In this document: piece after piece, positions 1 to 10,336 of the stretch
Numbering within the stretch: position 1 is the stretch's first letter
How the letters are laid out: the number at the start of each line of letters is the position of its first letter
Assembly (NCBI GenBank): GCA_963695875.1
Contig: CAVOID010000004.1
Coordinates: forward strand, 128,001 to 192,000
Length of the DNA: 64,000 nucleotides
Direction of reading: 5' to 3'
Source of the DNA: an uncultured delta proteobacterium
GTDB taxonomy: Bacteria; Desulfobacterota; Syntrophia; Syntrophales; UBA2185
Notes under the pieces: model-generated
Told to the model about the DNA's origin: nothing
What the model saw: the letters and a program-made list of their open reading frames with translations, nothing else
The model's database searches: none
Position numbers and translations under genes: made by a program

Positions 1-1
1 G

Positions 2-334
2 GAAATCGCCCGGGAAGTCCGGCGACTGGCGCAGGGAGCGCGGGACGACACGCTGACGGTGGACGAAGTGACGGGCAGCACCTTCACCATCACCAACCTG
101 GGCACCTATGGCATTGACGGCTTTACGCCCATCATCAATTCGCCGGAGGCCGCGATCCTGGGTGTGGGCCGCATCGTCGAGCGGGTGGTCGTCCACGACG
201 ACCAGATCGCCCGGCGGAAGATGATGGTGCTCAGCCTGACAATAGATCATCGCCTGATTGATGGCGCGACGGGCGCCGAGTTCATGCGGTCGCTCAAGGA
301 GATGATAGAGAATCCGTACCGGCTGCTTGTGTGA
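2..334 (+). CDS. Dihydrolipoamide acyltransferase (E2) C-terminal catalytic domain, 5'-partial
   Basis: TFTITNLG, FTPIIN.PE.AILGVG and DHRLIDGA catalytic motifs; ORF is open to the window edge. Confidence 0.92.
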   Translation, partial: EIAREVRRLAQGARDDTLTVDEVTGSTFTITNLGTYGIDGFTPIINSPEAAILGVGRIVERVVVHDDQIARRKMMVLSLTIDHRLIDGATGAEFMRSLKEMIENPYRLLV

Positions 335-372
335 GGATTGCCCGGTGGATGTGCAACCGGAAAGCTTGAACC

Positions 373-1444
373 ATGGACACCATTCGCTTGCTTGACCTGG
401 GGCTTGTTTCACCGATTCGTTCGCAAACGATTTACCACGCCGTTGCCTACGCGCTTGACGAGAATACGCCCGACACGATCATTCTCGTCGCACCGACCGA
501 GCCGTATGTCTGCATCGGATTTCATCAGGAACTCGAAAAAGAAGTAGATGTCGAGTACTGCCGCGCGCACGGCTTGCCGATGGTTCGACGCGAAGTTGGC
601 GGCGGCGCGGTGTATCTCGACAAGAACCAAGTGTTTATGCAATGGGTCTTTCACCGCGACGCGCTGCCGCGCGACATTAACGATCGCTTTGCGCTGTACG
701 TCAAGCCGCTCGTCGAAACGTATCACGCGCTTGGCATCCCCGCGAACTATCGTCCCATCAATGACGTGCACGTGGAGGGCAAGAAAATCGGCGGCACAGG
801 CGCGGCGCAGATGGGCATGGCCGAAGTCGTCGTCGGCTCGCTGATGTTCGATTTCAATTTCGAGGTGATGTCGCAGGTGCTCAAGGTCTCGTCGGAAAAG
901 ATGCGCGACAAGATTTTCCAGTCGCTCAACGAGTACATGACGACGATGACGCGCCAGCTCGGCCATACGCCCGACCGCGACGCCGTTATCAAGATTTATC
1001 TGGAGCAGGCGCAAGCCGCGCTCGGACGCCCCATCGTGCGCGGCGAGCCGACCGCCAGGGAGCTTGCGCGTGCAGAGGAACTTGACGAGCAATTTGCGAC
1101 GGACGAGTGGCTGTACCAAAAGGGGGGCTTGCGGCAAGCCGGAGTCAAGATTCACCAGGATGTACGCGTGCGGGAAGTGGCTTCGAAAACACCGGGCGGC
1201 CTCGTCCGTGTGACCGCTCGGGTGCGCGACGGGCGGATTGACGATGTGACGCTCTCCGGCGATTTCACGATGCTGCCCAAGTTCGCGCCGGGCGTGCTCG
1301 AACTGGCGCTGCGCGGGACGGCGTTGGAAGCGAGCGCCGTCCAGGCACGCATCGAAGATATGTATCGCAGCATCGCCATTCAATCACCAGGCCTGACAAC
1401 CAGCGATTTAACGAAACGCCATCATGCTTCTCGCGCAGACGTGA
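373..1444 (+). CDS. lplA: Lipoate-protein ligase A family protein (probable indel near 1415; likely true stop TGA 1442-1444)
   Basis: RREVGGGAVY, NDVHVEGKKIGGTG motifs; C-terminal accessory domain (KTPGGLVRV...LSGDF). Confidence 0.85.
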
Positions 1445-1483
1445 GGCTTTGGAGACCTTTGCAGAATTTTTTCGGAGGTTTTT

Positions 1484-2851
1484 ATGCCAGATATCATCGT
1501 CATCGGAGGAGGACCGGGTGGGACTGCCGCCGCGACTCGCGCCGCGCAGTTTGGCGCGCAGGTGACCGTGATTGAGCGTGCGCACCTGGGCGGCAACTGC
1601 GTCAATAACAACTGCATCCCCTTGACCAGCCTGCTGGCGAGCGTCGAGTTGCACCGGCGCATCGGCCAGGCCGGTGACATGGGCATCCAGGTAGGACCCG
1701 CCTCGCTCAATGTGCCCGGAATGATTGCTCGCAAGGATCGCATCGTTCAAGATTTGCGCGAGGGGATAGCGGGCCTGCTGCCGACCTTTGGCATCGAGAT
1801 CGTGCAGGGCCAGGCCCGGCTCGTGGATGCGAAGACGGTCGAAGTAGATGGACAACGCTTGCAGGCAACCCGAGCCATCATCCTGGCGACGGGGGCGCGG
1901 TGGGCGCCGTTGCCGCATGGCGTGGAGGATGTCCTGCGGCCCGACGAGGCGGTCAAGCTCGACTCGGTGCCGGTCCGGTTGCTCATCTGGGGTGGGGGTG
2001 CGTCTGACATCGAGTTTGCCACATTGTATGCCGCGCTGGGCAGCCAGGTAACGCTCGCCGTGGACGGGCCATACCCCTTGCCCCTGGAAGATTACGAAAT
2101 CGGCCAGAGGCTCCAGAGCATCTTGCAGAACCAGGGCATCCAGGTGATAAGCGACGTCCGCGTCAAGTCCGCGACGCGCACCGGCGGCGGGTTGGATGTC
2201 ACCCTGTCCGGTTTGAAGGGCGAGACTCCAGTCGTGGTGGACAAATTGCTATGGGCAGGTCGCGTCCCGGCGATCGACGGGCTGGGGCTGGAGCAGGGAG
2301 GTGTCAAACTGAACGACGGCGCCGTCATCGTGGACGACCGTATGCAGACGAGCGTGCCGGGCGTCTATGCCCTGGGCGATCTGACCGGCGGGCGGATGTA
2401 TTCCTCGCTGGCAACGGCCGGGGGACTGGTGGCCGCGGAAAATGCGATGGGACGCAATCGACGCCTGGATCAGCGCGCGGTGCCGCGCTATGCGTTCTCG
2501 ATCCCAGAAGTCGCTGCCGTCGGCCTGACCGAAGACGAGGCGACAGACAAAGGCTACGACGTTGAGGTCGCCAATATCGCCTACGGGTCAAGCCCGCGAG
2601 CAATGGGCCTGGGCGAGGTCGAAGGCGGCATCAAGTTCGTCGCTGACCGCAAACTGGGCAAGGTCTTAGGCGTTCACATCGTCGGACACCGGGCGACAGA
2701 ATTGATCGCCGAAGCAACACTGGGTATCCAGCTAGAAGCCCTGGCTGAGGATTTTGCGTGGGCTATTCGGATTCACCCGACGCTGAGCGAAAGTATGGTG
2801 GAGGCCGGGCGAGCGATCCTTGGCCAGGCGTTATACGTGCCCAAGTTCTAG
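1484..2851 (+). CDS. Dihydrolipoamide dehydrogenase (E3)-like flavoprotein, divergent
   Basis: GGGPGG FAD motif, CVNNNC redox disulfide, [17 protein letters not shown]. Confidence 0.85.
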   Translation: MPDIIVIGGGPGGTAAATRAAQFGAQVTVIERAHLGGNCVNNNCIPLTSLLASVELHRRIGQAGDMGIQVGPASLNVPGMIARKDRIVQDLREGIAGLLPTFGIEIVQGQARLVDAKTVEVDGQRLQATRAIILATGARWAPLPHGVEDVLRPDEAVKLDSVPVRLLIWGGGASDIEFATLYAALGSQVTLAVDGPYPLPLEDYEIGQRLQSILQNQGIQVISDVRVKSATRTGGGLDVTLSGLKGETPVVVDKLLWAGRVPAIDGLGLEQGGVKLNDGAVIVDDRMQTSVPGVYALGDLTGGRMYSSLATAGGLVAAENAMGRNRRLDQRAVPRYAFSIPEVAAVGLTEDEATDKGYDVEVANIAYGSSPRAMGLGEVEGGIKFVADRKLGKVLGVHIVGHRATELIAEATLGIQLEALAEDFAWAIRIHPTLSESMVEAGRAILGQALYVPKF

Positions 2852-2866
2852 CATATGTTCACGTTG

Positions 2867-2944
2867 TGTCATTTCGACCGCAGGGAGAAATCTTTTTCGA
2901 TAATATTGAAGATTTCTCAATCACTCCGTTCCTTCGAAATGACA
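2867..2944. repeat. REP-like palindromic intergenic element (GTCATTTCGA...TCGAAATGAC)
   Basis: Outer arms TGTCATTTCGA/TCGAAATGACA and inner arms GAGAAATCTT/AAGATTTCTC; related copy at 15901-15960. Confidence 0.65.
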
Positions 2945-2991
2945 AAATGGTAGTTGTGCAAAACTGTCAAAAGGAATTTGAAGGAGCGAAC

Positions 2992-4548
2992 GTGCCTTCT
3001 AATGAATCAATCCATCTCGTTCGTATGGGGCGAGTCCCCTACCGCCATGCATTGCGTCTCATGCAGCTCATGGGAGACGCCCGCCGTCGGGGTGACATGG
3101 GCGATGCGCTGCTTCTCGTCGAGCACCCGCCGGTCATCACGCTGGGTTGCGCAGGCGGAAACGAAGACTTGCGTGTATCCTCTGACTATCTCCGGCAACT
3201 CGGCATTGAAGTCGTCCCAACCGAGCGCGGTGGACGAGTGACGTATCACGGCCCGGGCCAACTGGTTGTTTACCCAATCCTGAAATTGGCGAACGATGAC
3301 CTGCATGATTATCTGTGGCGATTGGAGCAGGTCGCGCTGGAGGTTCTGAACGAATGGGGCATCGCCGCCAGGCGTTTAGAGCGGCACCCGGGCGTCTGGA
3401 TCGGACGAGACAAGATCGCGGCGGTAGGCGTGGCGGTGCAGGATCGGGTGACGACTCACGGACTGGCGCTCAATGTTGATCCCGACATGGCGCACTTTCA
3501 GTTGATCATCCCGTGCGGCTTGAGCAGCCGGGGCGTCACATCCATGCGGGCAGTCCTGGGGCAGCCAGTGGCGATGGAGGCAGTCGAACACAGTTTCGCT
3601 GCTGCCTTTAGCCGCGTGTTCATGCGCCAGGTCGCGCCGCGTCTGATGCCCGGGCCATGGCTGGTTGCTCCCGCGCCCCAGGAAGCGACGGCGAGCATTG
3701 AGCAATTGGTCGACGATTTGAGTTTACATACTGTTTGCCAGGAAGCCGCCTGTCCGAACATCGGTGAATGTTGGGCGCGGGGCACGGCCACGTTCATGCT
3801 GCTCGGCAATGTGTGTACCCGTTACTGTCGCTTTTGCAACGTGAAATCCGGCCACCCGCTTCCGCCCGATCCACAGGAGCCTTTCCGTGTCGCCGAGGCG
3901 GCTGCGAGAATGGGCCTGCATCACGTCGTCCTCACCTCGGTCACGCGCGACGACCTGCCCGATGGCGGCGCCGGCCAGTTCGTCTTAACCATCCAGGCCA
4001 TTCGTAACCGCTTGCCCGGCACGACGGTCGAGGTACTTGTTCCCGATTTCGGCGGGTCGCTCCCGGCTCTGGACACTGTGGCCGCCGCCCGGCCCGATGT
4101 GTTCAATCACAACGTCGAGACCGTCGAGCGGCTGTCGGACAAGGTGCGAGCCAAGGCCGAGTATCGCCGCTCGCTGGCCGTGCTGGCCTGGGCCAAACAG
4201 CGAGGACTGACGACCAAATCAGGGTTGATGGTCGGCCTGGGCGAGACTTGTGGTGAAGTGATCGAGACAATGCGCGACCTGCGCCACGCCGGTTGCGACA
4301 TTCTGACCATCGGCCAGTATCTTCAGCCGACGAGCCGGCAAATCGAGGTGGCCGATCACGTCCACCCGGTCGTGTTCGCGTGGTATCGTGAGGTAGGCCA
4401 GTCCCTGGGTTTTCAAATGGTCATGGCCGAGCCGTTAGTGCGCAGTTCGTACCATGCAGAAGAAGTCCGGGCAGGGAAAATGATGCCCGGTGTTTTCAGT
4501 TCAGGAGCTGTTTGCAACTCCAAAAGCAGTCTGTGCAAGGAGGGATAA
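2992..4548 (+). CDS. Fused octanoyltransferase (LipB) - lipoyl synthase (LipA)
   Basis: LipB motifs [36 protein letters not shown]; LipA motifs [27 protein letters not shown] start after AAGGAG. Confidence 0.9.
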   Translation: MPSNESIHLVRMGRVPYRHALRLMQLMGDARRRGDMGDALLLVEHPPVITLGCAGGNEDLRVSSDYLRQLGIEVVPTERGGRVTYHGPGQLVVYPILKLANDDLHDYLWRLEQVALEVLNEWGIAARRLERHPGVWIGRDKIAAVGVAVQDRVTTHGLALNVDPDMAHFQLIIPCGLSSRGVTSMRAVLGQPVAMEAVEHSFAAAFSRVFMRQVAPRLMPGPWLVAPAPQEATASIEQLVDDLSLHTVCQEAACPNIGECWARGTATFMLLGNVCTRYCRFCNVKSGHPLPPDPQEPFRVAEAAARMGLHHVVLTSVTRDDLPDGGAGQFVLTIQAIRNRLPGTTVEVLVPDFGGSLPALDTVAAARPDVFNHNVETVERLSDKVRAKAEYRRSLAVLAWAKQRGLTTKSGLMVGLGETCGEVIETMRDLRHAGCDILTIGQYLQPTSRQIEVADHVHPVVFAWYREVGQSLGFQMVMAEPLVRSSYHAEEVRAGKMMPGVFSSGAVCNSKSSLCKEG

Positions 4549-4551
4549 ACA

Positions 4552-5350
4552 ATGGACATGGGATTAAAAGGAAGGGTAGCGCTGGTCACCGGGGCCAGCC
4601 GGGGCATCGGTAAGGCTTGCGCCCTGGTACTGGCCGGAGAAGGGTGCGACGTGGCCATCTGCGCTCGCGGTAAGGAAGCCTTAGAAAAGGCGGCAGAGGA
4701 GATCAAATCCAAGGGGTTGCAGGTCCTCGCGGTCCAGGCAGATGTCGCTAGACCGGAAGACATCAAGAGCATGGTGGCCAAGACCATCGAAAAGTTCGGG
4801 CGCATTGACGTCTTGGTGAACAATGCCGGAACAGGCCGGTTGAGCGACTTGATGCAACTTCCCGAGGAAGAGTTCCGTTACAACATGGACCTGATGTTCT
4901 TCGGCCTTATCCAGTGCTCCAAGGAGGTCGTCCCGTTATATGCGCAAGCAGGGCTGGGGACGGATCATCAATATCTCCTCGATCTTCGGGAAGCAACCGG
5001 GTGGCCTGGTGGACTATGACTCTATCAAAGCGGCCGTGATCATGTTCACCAAGGATCTGGCCAACTATCTGGCCAAGGATAACATCCTGGTAAACGCTGT
5101 CTGCCCCGGGCCCATCCACACACCGCTGTGGGAGGGTCCCGGACAACTGGGTGAGCAACTGGGCAAGCTCATTGGGATGTCAGGGCCGGAGGCCATTGAC
5201 TGGTTCGCCAAGCAGAACATCCCCCTGGGACATCACGGCGATCCGGAAGATATCGCCTGCATGGTGGCCTTCCTGGCCTCGGAGAAAGCCAAGTTCATCA
5301 CCGGGCAGGCGATCAATGTAGATGGTGGGATGGTGAAGACTCCAATCTAA
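4552..5350 (+). CDS. SDR family NAD(P)-dependent oxidoreductase (frameshift near 4938)
   Basis: TGASRGIG, NNAG, YDSIK, CPGPIHT, ITGQAINVDGG across two overlapping ORFs. Confidence 0.88.
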
Positions 5351-5438
5351 CTCCCCATCCATCTAAAGTCTTCACCTGAAGGTGAGGGTTTTTCTCCCAA
5401 TCCCCGAGAGACAATAAAAAGGTGTACCAGCGGCAGAA

Positions 5439-6903
5439 TTGAGAGAAGACGTGTCGATAACATTCCCTACCATTCCGGCTGACCGCGTGACCGAGGACGC
5501 CATCGAGCGCAAGCTGTATTCGCGCGACCTGGCCCCTGTCCCGGCCATCATGGTCAAGCCGTTTTTCCGAACGCTGCCCGATGCCGTCATCCGGCCCGGC
5601 ACCGCCGAGCACGTGGCCGAGGTGATGCGCCAGGCCGCGCGCGGGCGCATTCCGGTCACGCCCCGCGCCGCAGCCAGCACCAGCTACTATAACTCCGTGC
5701 CCGTGCGTGGGGGATGGGTGCTGGATGTGAATGACCTGCGCGATGGAATCGAGCTGGACGCCGCGCGGCAGACCGTTCGAGTGCTGCCGGCCACCACCTG
5801 GTTTGATCTGGATGACGCCTTGCAACAGAGGGGCTTTGCCGTCAAGTCGTATCCGTCGAGCGCGGTCTCGGCGACTGTCGGCGGTTGGGTGAGTATGCAG
5901 GGGCACGGCATGGGCAGTCTCAAGTACGGCGGAGTGGGCGAGCTACTGATCAGCTTGCAAGTGGCGCTGCCGAATGGCGAGTTGGTCACCGTCACGCGCG
6001 AAAGCGATCCGCCGCTCGACTGGTTCGTCGCCGCCGAAGGCACCCTGGGCGTGATCACCCAGGTTGAACTGACCATCCGCCCGCGTCCTGCCGCTGAGTC
6101 TCATCACCTGTTCGCCTTCGATGACCTGAACACACTCGGCCGGAACGTCGTCTCGCTCGCCCGCGCTGAGCCACGCCCCTTCACCGTCTTTTTCGCCGAC
6201 AGCGGCTACCTGCGCCTGCTGGCGCGCGCCGGGTTCCACATTCCGCTCGACTTGCCGCAGTCACATTTTCCTGTCAGCGAGAAAGGCTTGCTCCTGGTAA
6301 GTTTCCAGGGCGAGCCGTCTGAAGTCAATCAGGGCAAAGACAGGCTGACCCGTGTGGCGGGGTGCGAGCTGTCTTCCGACCTGGCGCTGGAGGAATGGAA
6401 TACTGCGCCTGTATCACCTGCGAGCCAAGCGTGCCGGGCCATCGCTGTTGGCCGCCGAATCGTGGCTGCCGATAGACGCGCTGCACCACTACCTCAAGTC
6501 GGTCAAGGCCCTGGCCGAACGCAGCCGTTTGCTGATCGGCACCTATGGCCTGGCCGTCGCGCCGGACATGGCCCTGGTCATGTCTCTCTATCCGACCGAC
6601 GAGCGACACACAGTAAAATACCTGGCGGCGCTTGGATTCACCAAGCGGTTGCACGACCTGGCCGCGCGCTATGGTGGGTGGCCCTATGGTGTCGGGCTGT
6701 GGAACTCGGCCTACCTGCCTCGGTTGTTCAGCCGGACTCGATTGGCCGAGCTCAAGCGGCGCAAGGCGCGGCTTGATCCGTCGGGCATCATGAATCCAGG
6801 CAAGTTGTATCAGGCGTCGTTCCCGTTGTGGCCGATCACGTTTGGCATAGGAGCTGCAGTGCTTGGCGCGGCGCACGTCGCGCTGGGGAGGGAGCGGCCA
6901 TGA
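5439..6903 (+). CDS. FAD-binding oxidoreductase, GlcD/VAO-like (frameshift near 6400)
   Basis: PDAVIRP, SATVGGW, GSLKYG, AEGTLGVIT, C-terminal DPSGIMNPGK. Confidence 0.82.
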
Positions 6904-8052
6904 AGGATCAGTCATTTTTCGAAGGACTGATGGCCGAAGCAGTCATCTGCGCTTACTGCGGCTATTGCCGGGCGGTCTGCCCGACCTACGCGGGCGTCGG
7001 CTGGGAATCATGTTCGCCGCGCGGCCGCATTCAACTCACCCGGCTGATCATGGAGGGAAAGCCGCCGAACGCAGAGCAGATGACGCGGCTCTACCAATGC
7101 ACGCTGTGCGGACACTGCACCCAGGTCTGCTCAACGCGCATTGATCTGCGCCAGTTCTGGCTGGAGGCGCGCAGGCAAACAGTCGCGCGAGACCTGTCGC
7201 CCCAAGGGTTGGCGGCGGCGCGCGATAACATAACCAAGACCGGCAACGTCTATGGCTACCCGAACGACGAACGGGCCGGCTGGGTCGAGTACATGGATGA
7301 TGCCCCCGCCGATCTCTACCAACGGGATCAGGCCGGGATGGTCTACTTTGTCGGCTGTTTGACGTCATTTTCGCCGCGCGTCCAGCGCATCGCCGAGTCG
7401 TTCGTCCGTGTACTCGATGCCGCCGGGGTGGATTTCACGATCCTGGGCGAAGGCGAAGTCTGCTGCGGCTTTCCGCTGCTTGCCGCCGGGATGCATGAGC
7501 AGGCGCACGCGGTGATTGAGCGCAACCTGGAACATGTCCGCGCGATCGGTGCAACAACCATCGTCTTTAACTGTCCGGCCTGCCGGATGATGTGGCTTGA
7601 AGAATACGCTCGCCATTTGCCCGGCGTGCGGCTGCTCCACTCGACCGAGTTGCTGGCCGAGTTGGTAGCTGCCCACCGGTTGCCGATGAAGGATGTAAAA
7701 CGAATAGTCACGTACCACGATCCGTGCGACCTGGCGCGCAATGGCGGGGTGTACGATGCGCCGCGTGCGGTGCTGGCGGCAATCCCGGGTCTGCAGCTTG
7801 TCGAGGTACACGAGCGGCGCGAGCGTGGGCTGTGTTGCGGCGGCGGCGGCGACCTGGAAATGGTAGACCCGGCGTTGTCCGGGCGCGTGGCGGCGCGAAC
7901 GGCAGGCAAGCTGGCTGCAACCGGCGCACAGGCCATCGTGACCGCCTGCCCACAGTGCGTGCGGACGTTGACGCGCGGAGCGGAGCAAACCGCTCCTGAT
8001 CTCGACGGTGAAAGACATCGTAGAATTGCTGGCCGAGGCCCTGGACAAGTAA
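6900..8052 (+). CDS. (Fe-S)-binding protein with 2x4Fe-4S and CCG domains (GlcF/HdrD-like); frameshift near 8005
   Basis: CAYCGYCRAVCP, CTLCGHCTQVC, FVGC, CCGFP, YHDPCDLAR, CCGGGG, TACPQC; ATG overlaps the upstream stop. Confidence 0.88.
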
Positions 8053-8062
8053 GGAGGTCGGT

Positions 8063-8509
8063 ATGGCCCAAGTCGAAGGAATCAATTTGCCGGATGAACT
8101 CTACTACCATCCGGATGATCACCTGTGGGTGCGCATGGAAGGCACACGGGCAACCGTTGGGCTTGAACGACCTGGCCCAGCGATCAGCCGGAAAGGTGAG
8201 CGCCGTCCGGCTCAAGCCGCCGGGCCGGCCCATTGCCAAGGGCAAACCGTTCGGAACGATGGAAGCGGGCAAGTACGTCGGGCCACTCAGAGCGCCCATC
8301 GCGGGACAGGTGATCGAAATCAACTCGGAGGTCATGAGCACAGCCGGGCTTGTTGAACTCGGATCCATACGGCAAAGGCTGGCTGATTCTCATCGAGCCG
8401 GAGAATGCAGCGCGCGATTTGCCCGAGCCTGGTGCATGGCGATGCCACTCAGGCGTGGCTGGAGAAAACCATCGCCGATTGGCGCAAACGAGGATTACTG
8501 AAGGATTAA
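8063..8509 (+). CDS. Glycine cleavage H-like lipoyl carrier protein (LbpA-like); frameshifted
   Basis: LPDELYY...HLWV, TMEAGKYVGPLRAPIAG (lipoyl-Lys), NSDPYG.GW, reconstructed across indels. Confidence 0.8.
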
Positions 8510-8521
8510 GGAGGTGTTGAC

Positions 8522-8563
8522 ATGGCATTGAAAGCAGCATTTATTTTCGTGGCGCTTTGTTAA
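8522..8563 (+). pseudogene. Truncated gene start (MALKAAFIFVA), recalled as resembling DUF6506-family N-termini
   Basis: Strong RBS AAGGAGGTG, 13 codons, then stop at the compositional boundary. Confidence 0.45.
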
Positions 8564-8589
8564 TTCTTTCCATCAGGCGGACACCTGCC

Positions 8590-8625
8590 ATAAAGGGGCT
8601 GCGATTTGCAGCCCCTTTATTTTTT
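8590..8625 (+). terminator. Intrinsic terminator
   Basis: ATAAAGGGGCTGC-GATTT-GCAGCCCCTTTAT followed by a T-run. Confidence 0.8.
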
Positions 8626-8928
8626 AAAACCTTCGTCCAGGCACTTTTTGATCACTGATCCACGTATAACTTTCTTCTCCTAATCCCCAACAGATAAACT
8701 AACTTCCGCAATCAGTCTCACCCATCTTGATATCATCATGCAGGATAAGGGTTTCCACCTATGGCCACCTGTGAATGGAATGTATTTTAGAATCCTGTCC
8801 CTAAATTCTGCCGGTAATACATTTTAACGAACCTCAACTCCTTCCCGTGGATGTAATTGAAGATGCCCTGACTGACCAAGTGGCTTATCCACCACATTCT
8901 GCAAACGTCGTAGCCACCGCCATCCCCT

Positions 8929-8956
8929 GTCATCCCGGACCTGATCCGGGATCCAG
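8929..8956. repeat. Short REP-like palindrome GTCATCCCGGACCTGATCCGGGATCCAG
   Basis: ATCCCGGA/TCCGGGAT inverted arms. Confidence 0.5.
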
Positions 8957-8981
8957 ATTCCTTTGAATCACGAAAAATGAC

Positions 8982-9010
8982 TTGACGGATTCCAGATTTA
9001 GTTATATTTT
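8982..9010 (+). promoter_or_regulatory. Putative sigma70 promoter TTGACG-N17-TATTTT
   Basis: Near-consensus -35/-10 at 17-bp spacing in AT-rich intergenic DNA. Confidence 0.45.
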
Positions 9011-9097
9011 CGCTTAAATTTCAAATGGATATTGAGGACAATATTGTAACACCCTTTAACTCATCAATTAAGAGGGACACATGGACTGATTTCGCGC

Positions 9098-9129
9098 AAC
9101 CCCGTTTCTTAAAAAGAGCGGGGTTTTTT
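9098..9129 (+). terminator. Intrinsic terminator or attenuator
   Basis: AACCCCGTTTCTT-AAA-AAGAGCGGGGTT plus T-run. Confidence 0.7.
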
Positions 9130-9302
9130 ATTGCCGATCAGTATGGCAATATTCTGTTATCCTGATCCGCATAGGATGCAGTGATAAACATCGAGAGATA
9201 GGGCAGCAATCAAAGGAATATAAAGAGTTTAGCACGTCTTTAGCAGACGATCCAATGGCGTGTTATCCGGATCAATCTAATTATTGTTAGGCGCAGAGGC
9301 AA

Positions 9303-10333
9303 ATGACAGAGGCTCTCAATTTTATTGGAGAACTTGAGGCTAAGGTTGCGGAGCAACTGAAGGCGCAGCGCGTCGGCTACCTTCTCGGAGCTGGTTCGTC
9401 GTACTTGGACAATGCCGGATACCCGCTCGCGTTCGAGCTCTGGGATCTCATCAAGGATCGGATCGTCGACCCGCAGAAGCGTGCGACATTCAGGCCAAAC
9501 TCGACGGCGGGGCGACGGGAATCGAACACGCCCTCGACCTGCTCGACGACGGTGGGGCAATGGACACGCCGTATCGGCATCTGGTGACAGCGGCCATTGC
9601 GGACTTGTTCCTCCCTAAGAACCCAAGTCTCGATCTGCACGTTGAGTTCGTGCGTCGGCTGTCCCAACGTCGCGGACCCGTGCGTAAAGGTGTTCAGCCT
9701 CAACTACGACCCGCTGGTCGAACGCGCGGCGGAGGCCGCCAAGGTCCGGGTATCGGACGGATTCCTCGGCGTGGAGCATGCCTATTTCGACCCGGCAGTG
9801 TTCGAGGAGCGCATTGGTCGGATTCGCGGCACACACAAGGGGCGCCAGTTCGACGAGACAGTGAAGCCGATTCACCTCTTGAAACTTCACGGCTCGCTCG
9901 GCTGGTATGAATGCCCAACACGGGGAGTGCGGCGTTGTGCGTTTACGGGTCGGCACCGCCACCCGGCACGAAGCGGCTGATGGTGCCACCGCAACGCAGG
10001 AAAGCGACTGACACGATGCTCCCGCCTTACGCCGCACTCTGGTCCGCCTTTCGCGGATGCTTGGGCCACAATGCGAATCCGATCAACCGCTTGGCCTGCT
10101 TCGGATACGGCTTCGCTGACGAACACGTGAACGCCGTCATCGAGGCCGCACTGGCGCGGACGGATTTCACTTTGCTTATCTTCACGAAGGCGCTGTCCGA
10201 CACGGCCTGGAATCGCTGGAGCGTCAAGACGAACGCGGTTGTGGTGACGGAAACGCGGTGCTCGCTGAAAGGGACGGTCGGACCCGGCCATACCGACCTT
10301 TGGCGCTTTGAACGACTCTGCAAGGAGGTCTAA
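9303..10333 (+). CDS. SIR2-like (SIR2_2) NADase of a SIR2-HerA defence system; about 3 frameshifts
   Basis: LLGAGSS, FSLNYD, LLKLHGS, GYGFADEH motifs across overlapping frames. Confidence 0.88.
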
Positions 10334-10336
10334 CCA

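Noticed and set aside
6828..8501. Apparent CCG-protein/GcvH fusion in the ORF track
   Set aside because: Produced by indels; a stop (8050-8052), RBS and separate ATG (8063) are present
8626..8925. Possible integrase or other gene remnant upstream of the attI-like site
   Set aside because: Only short interrupted frames, with no tyrosine-recombinase motifs recognised
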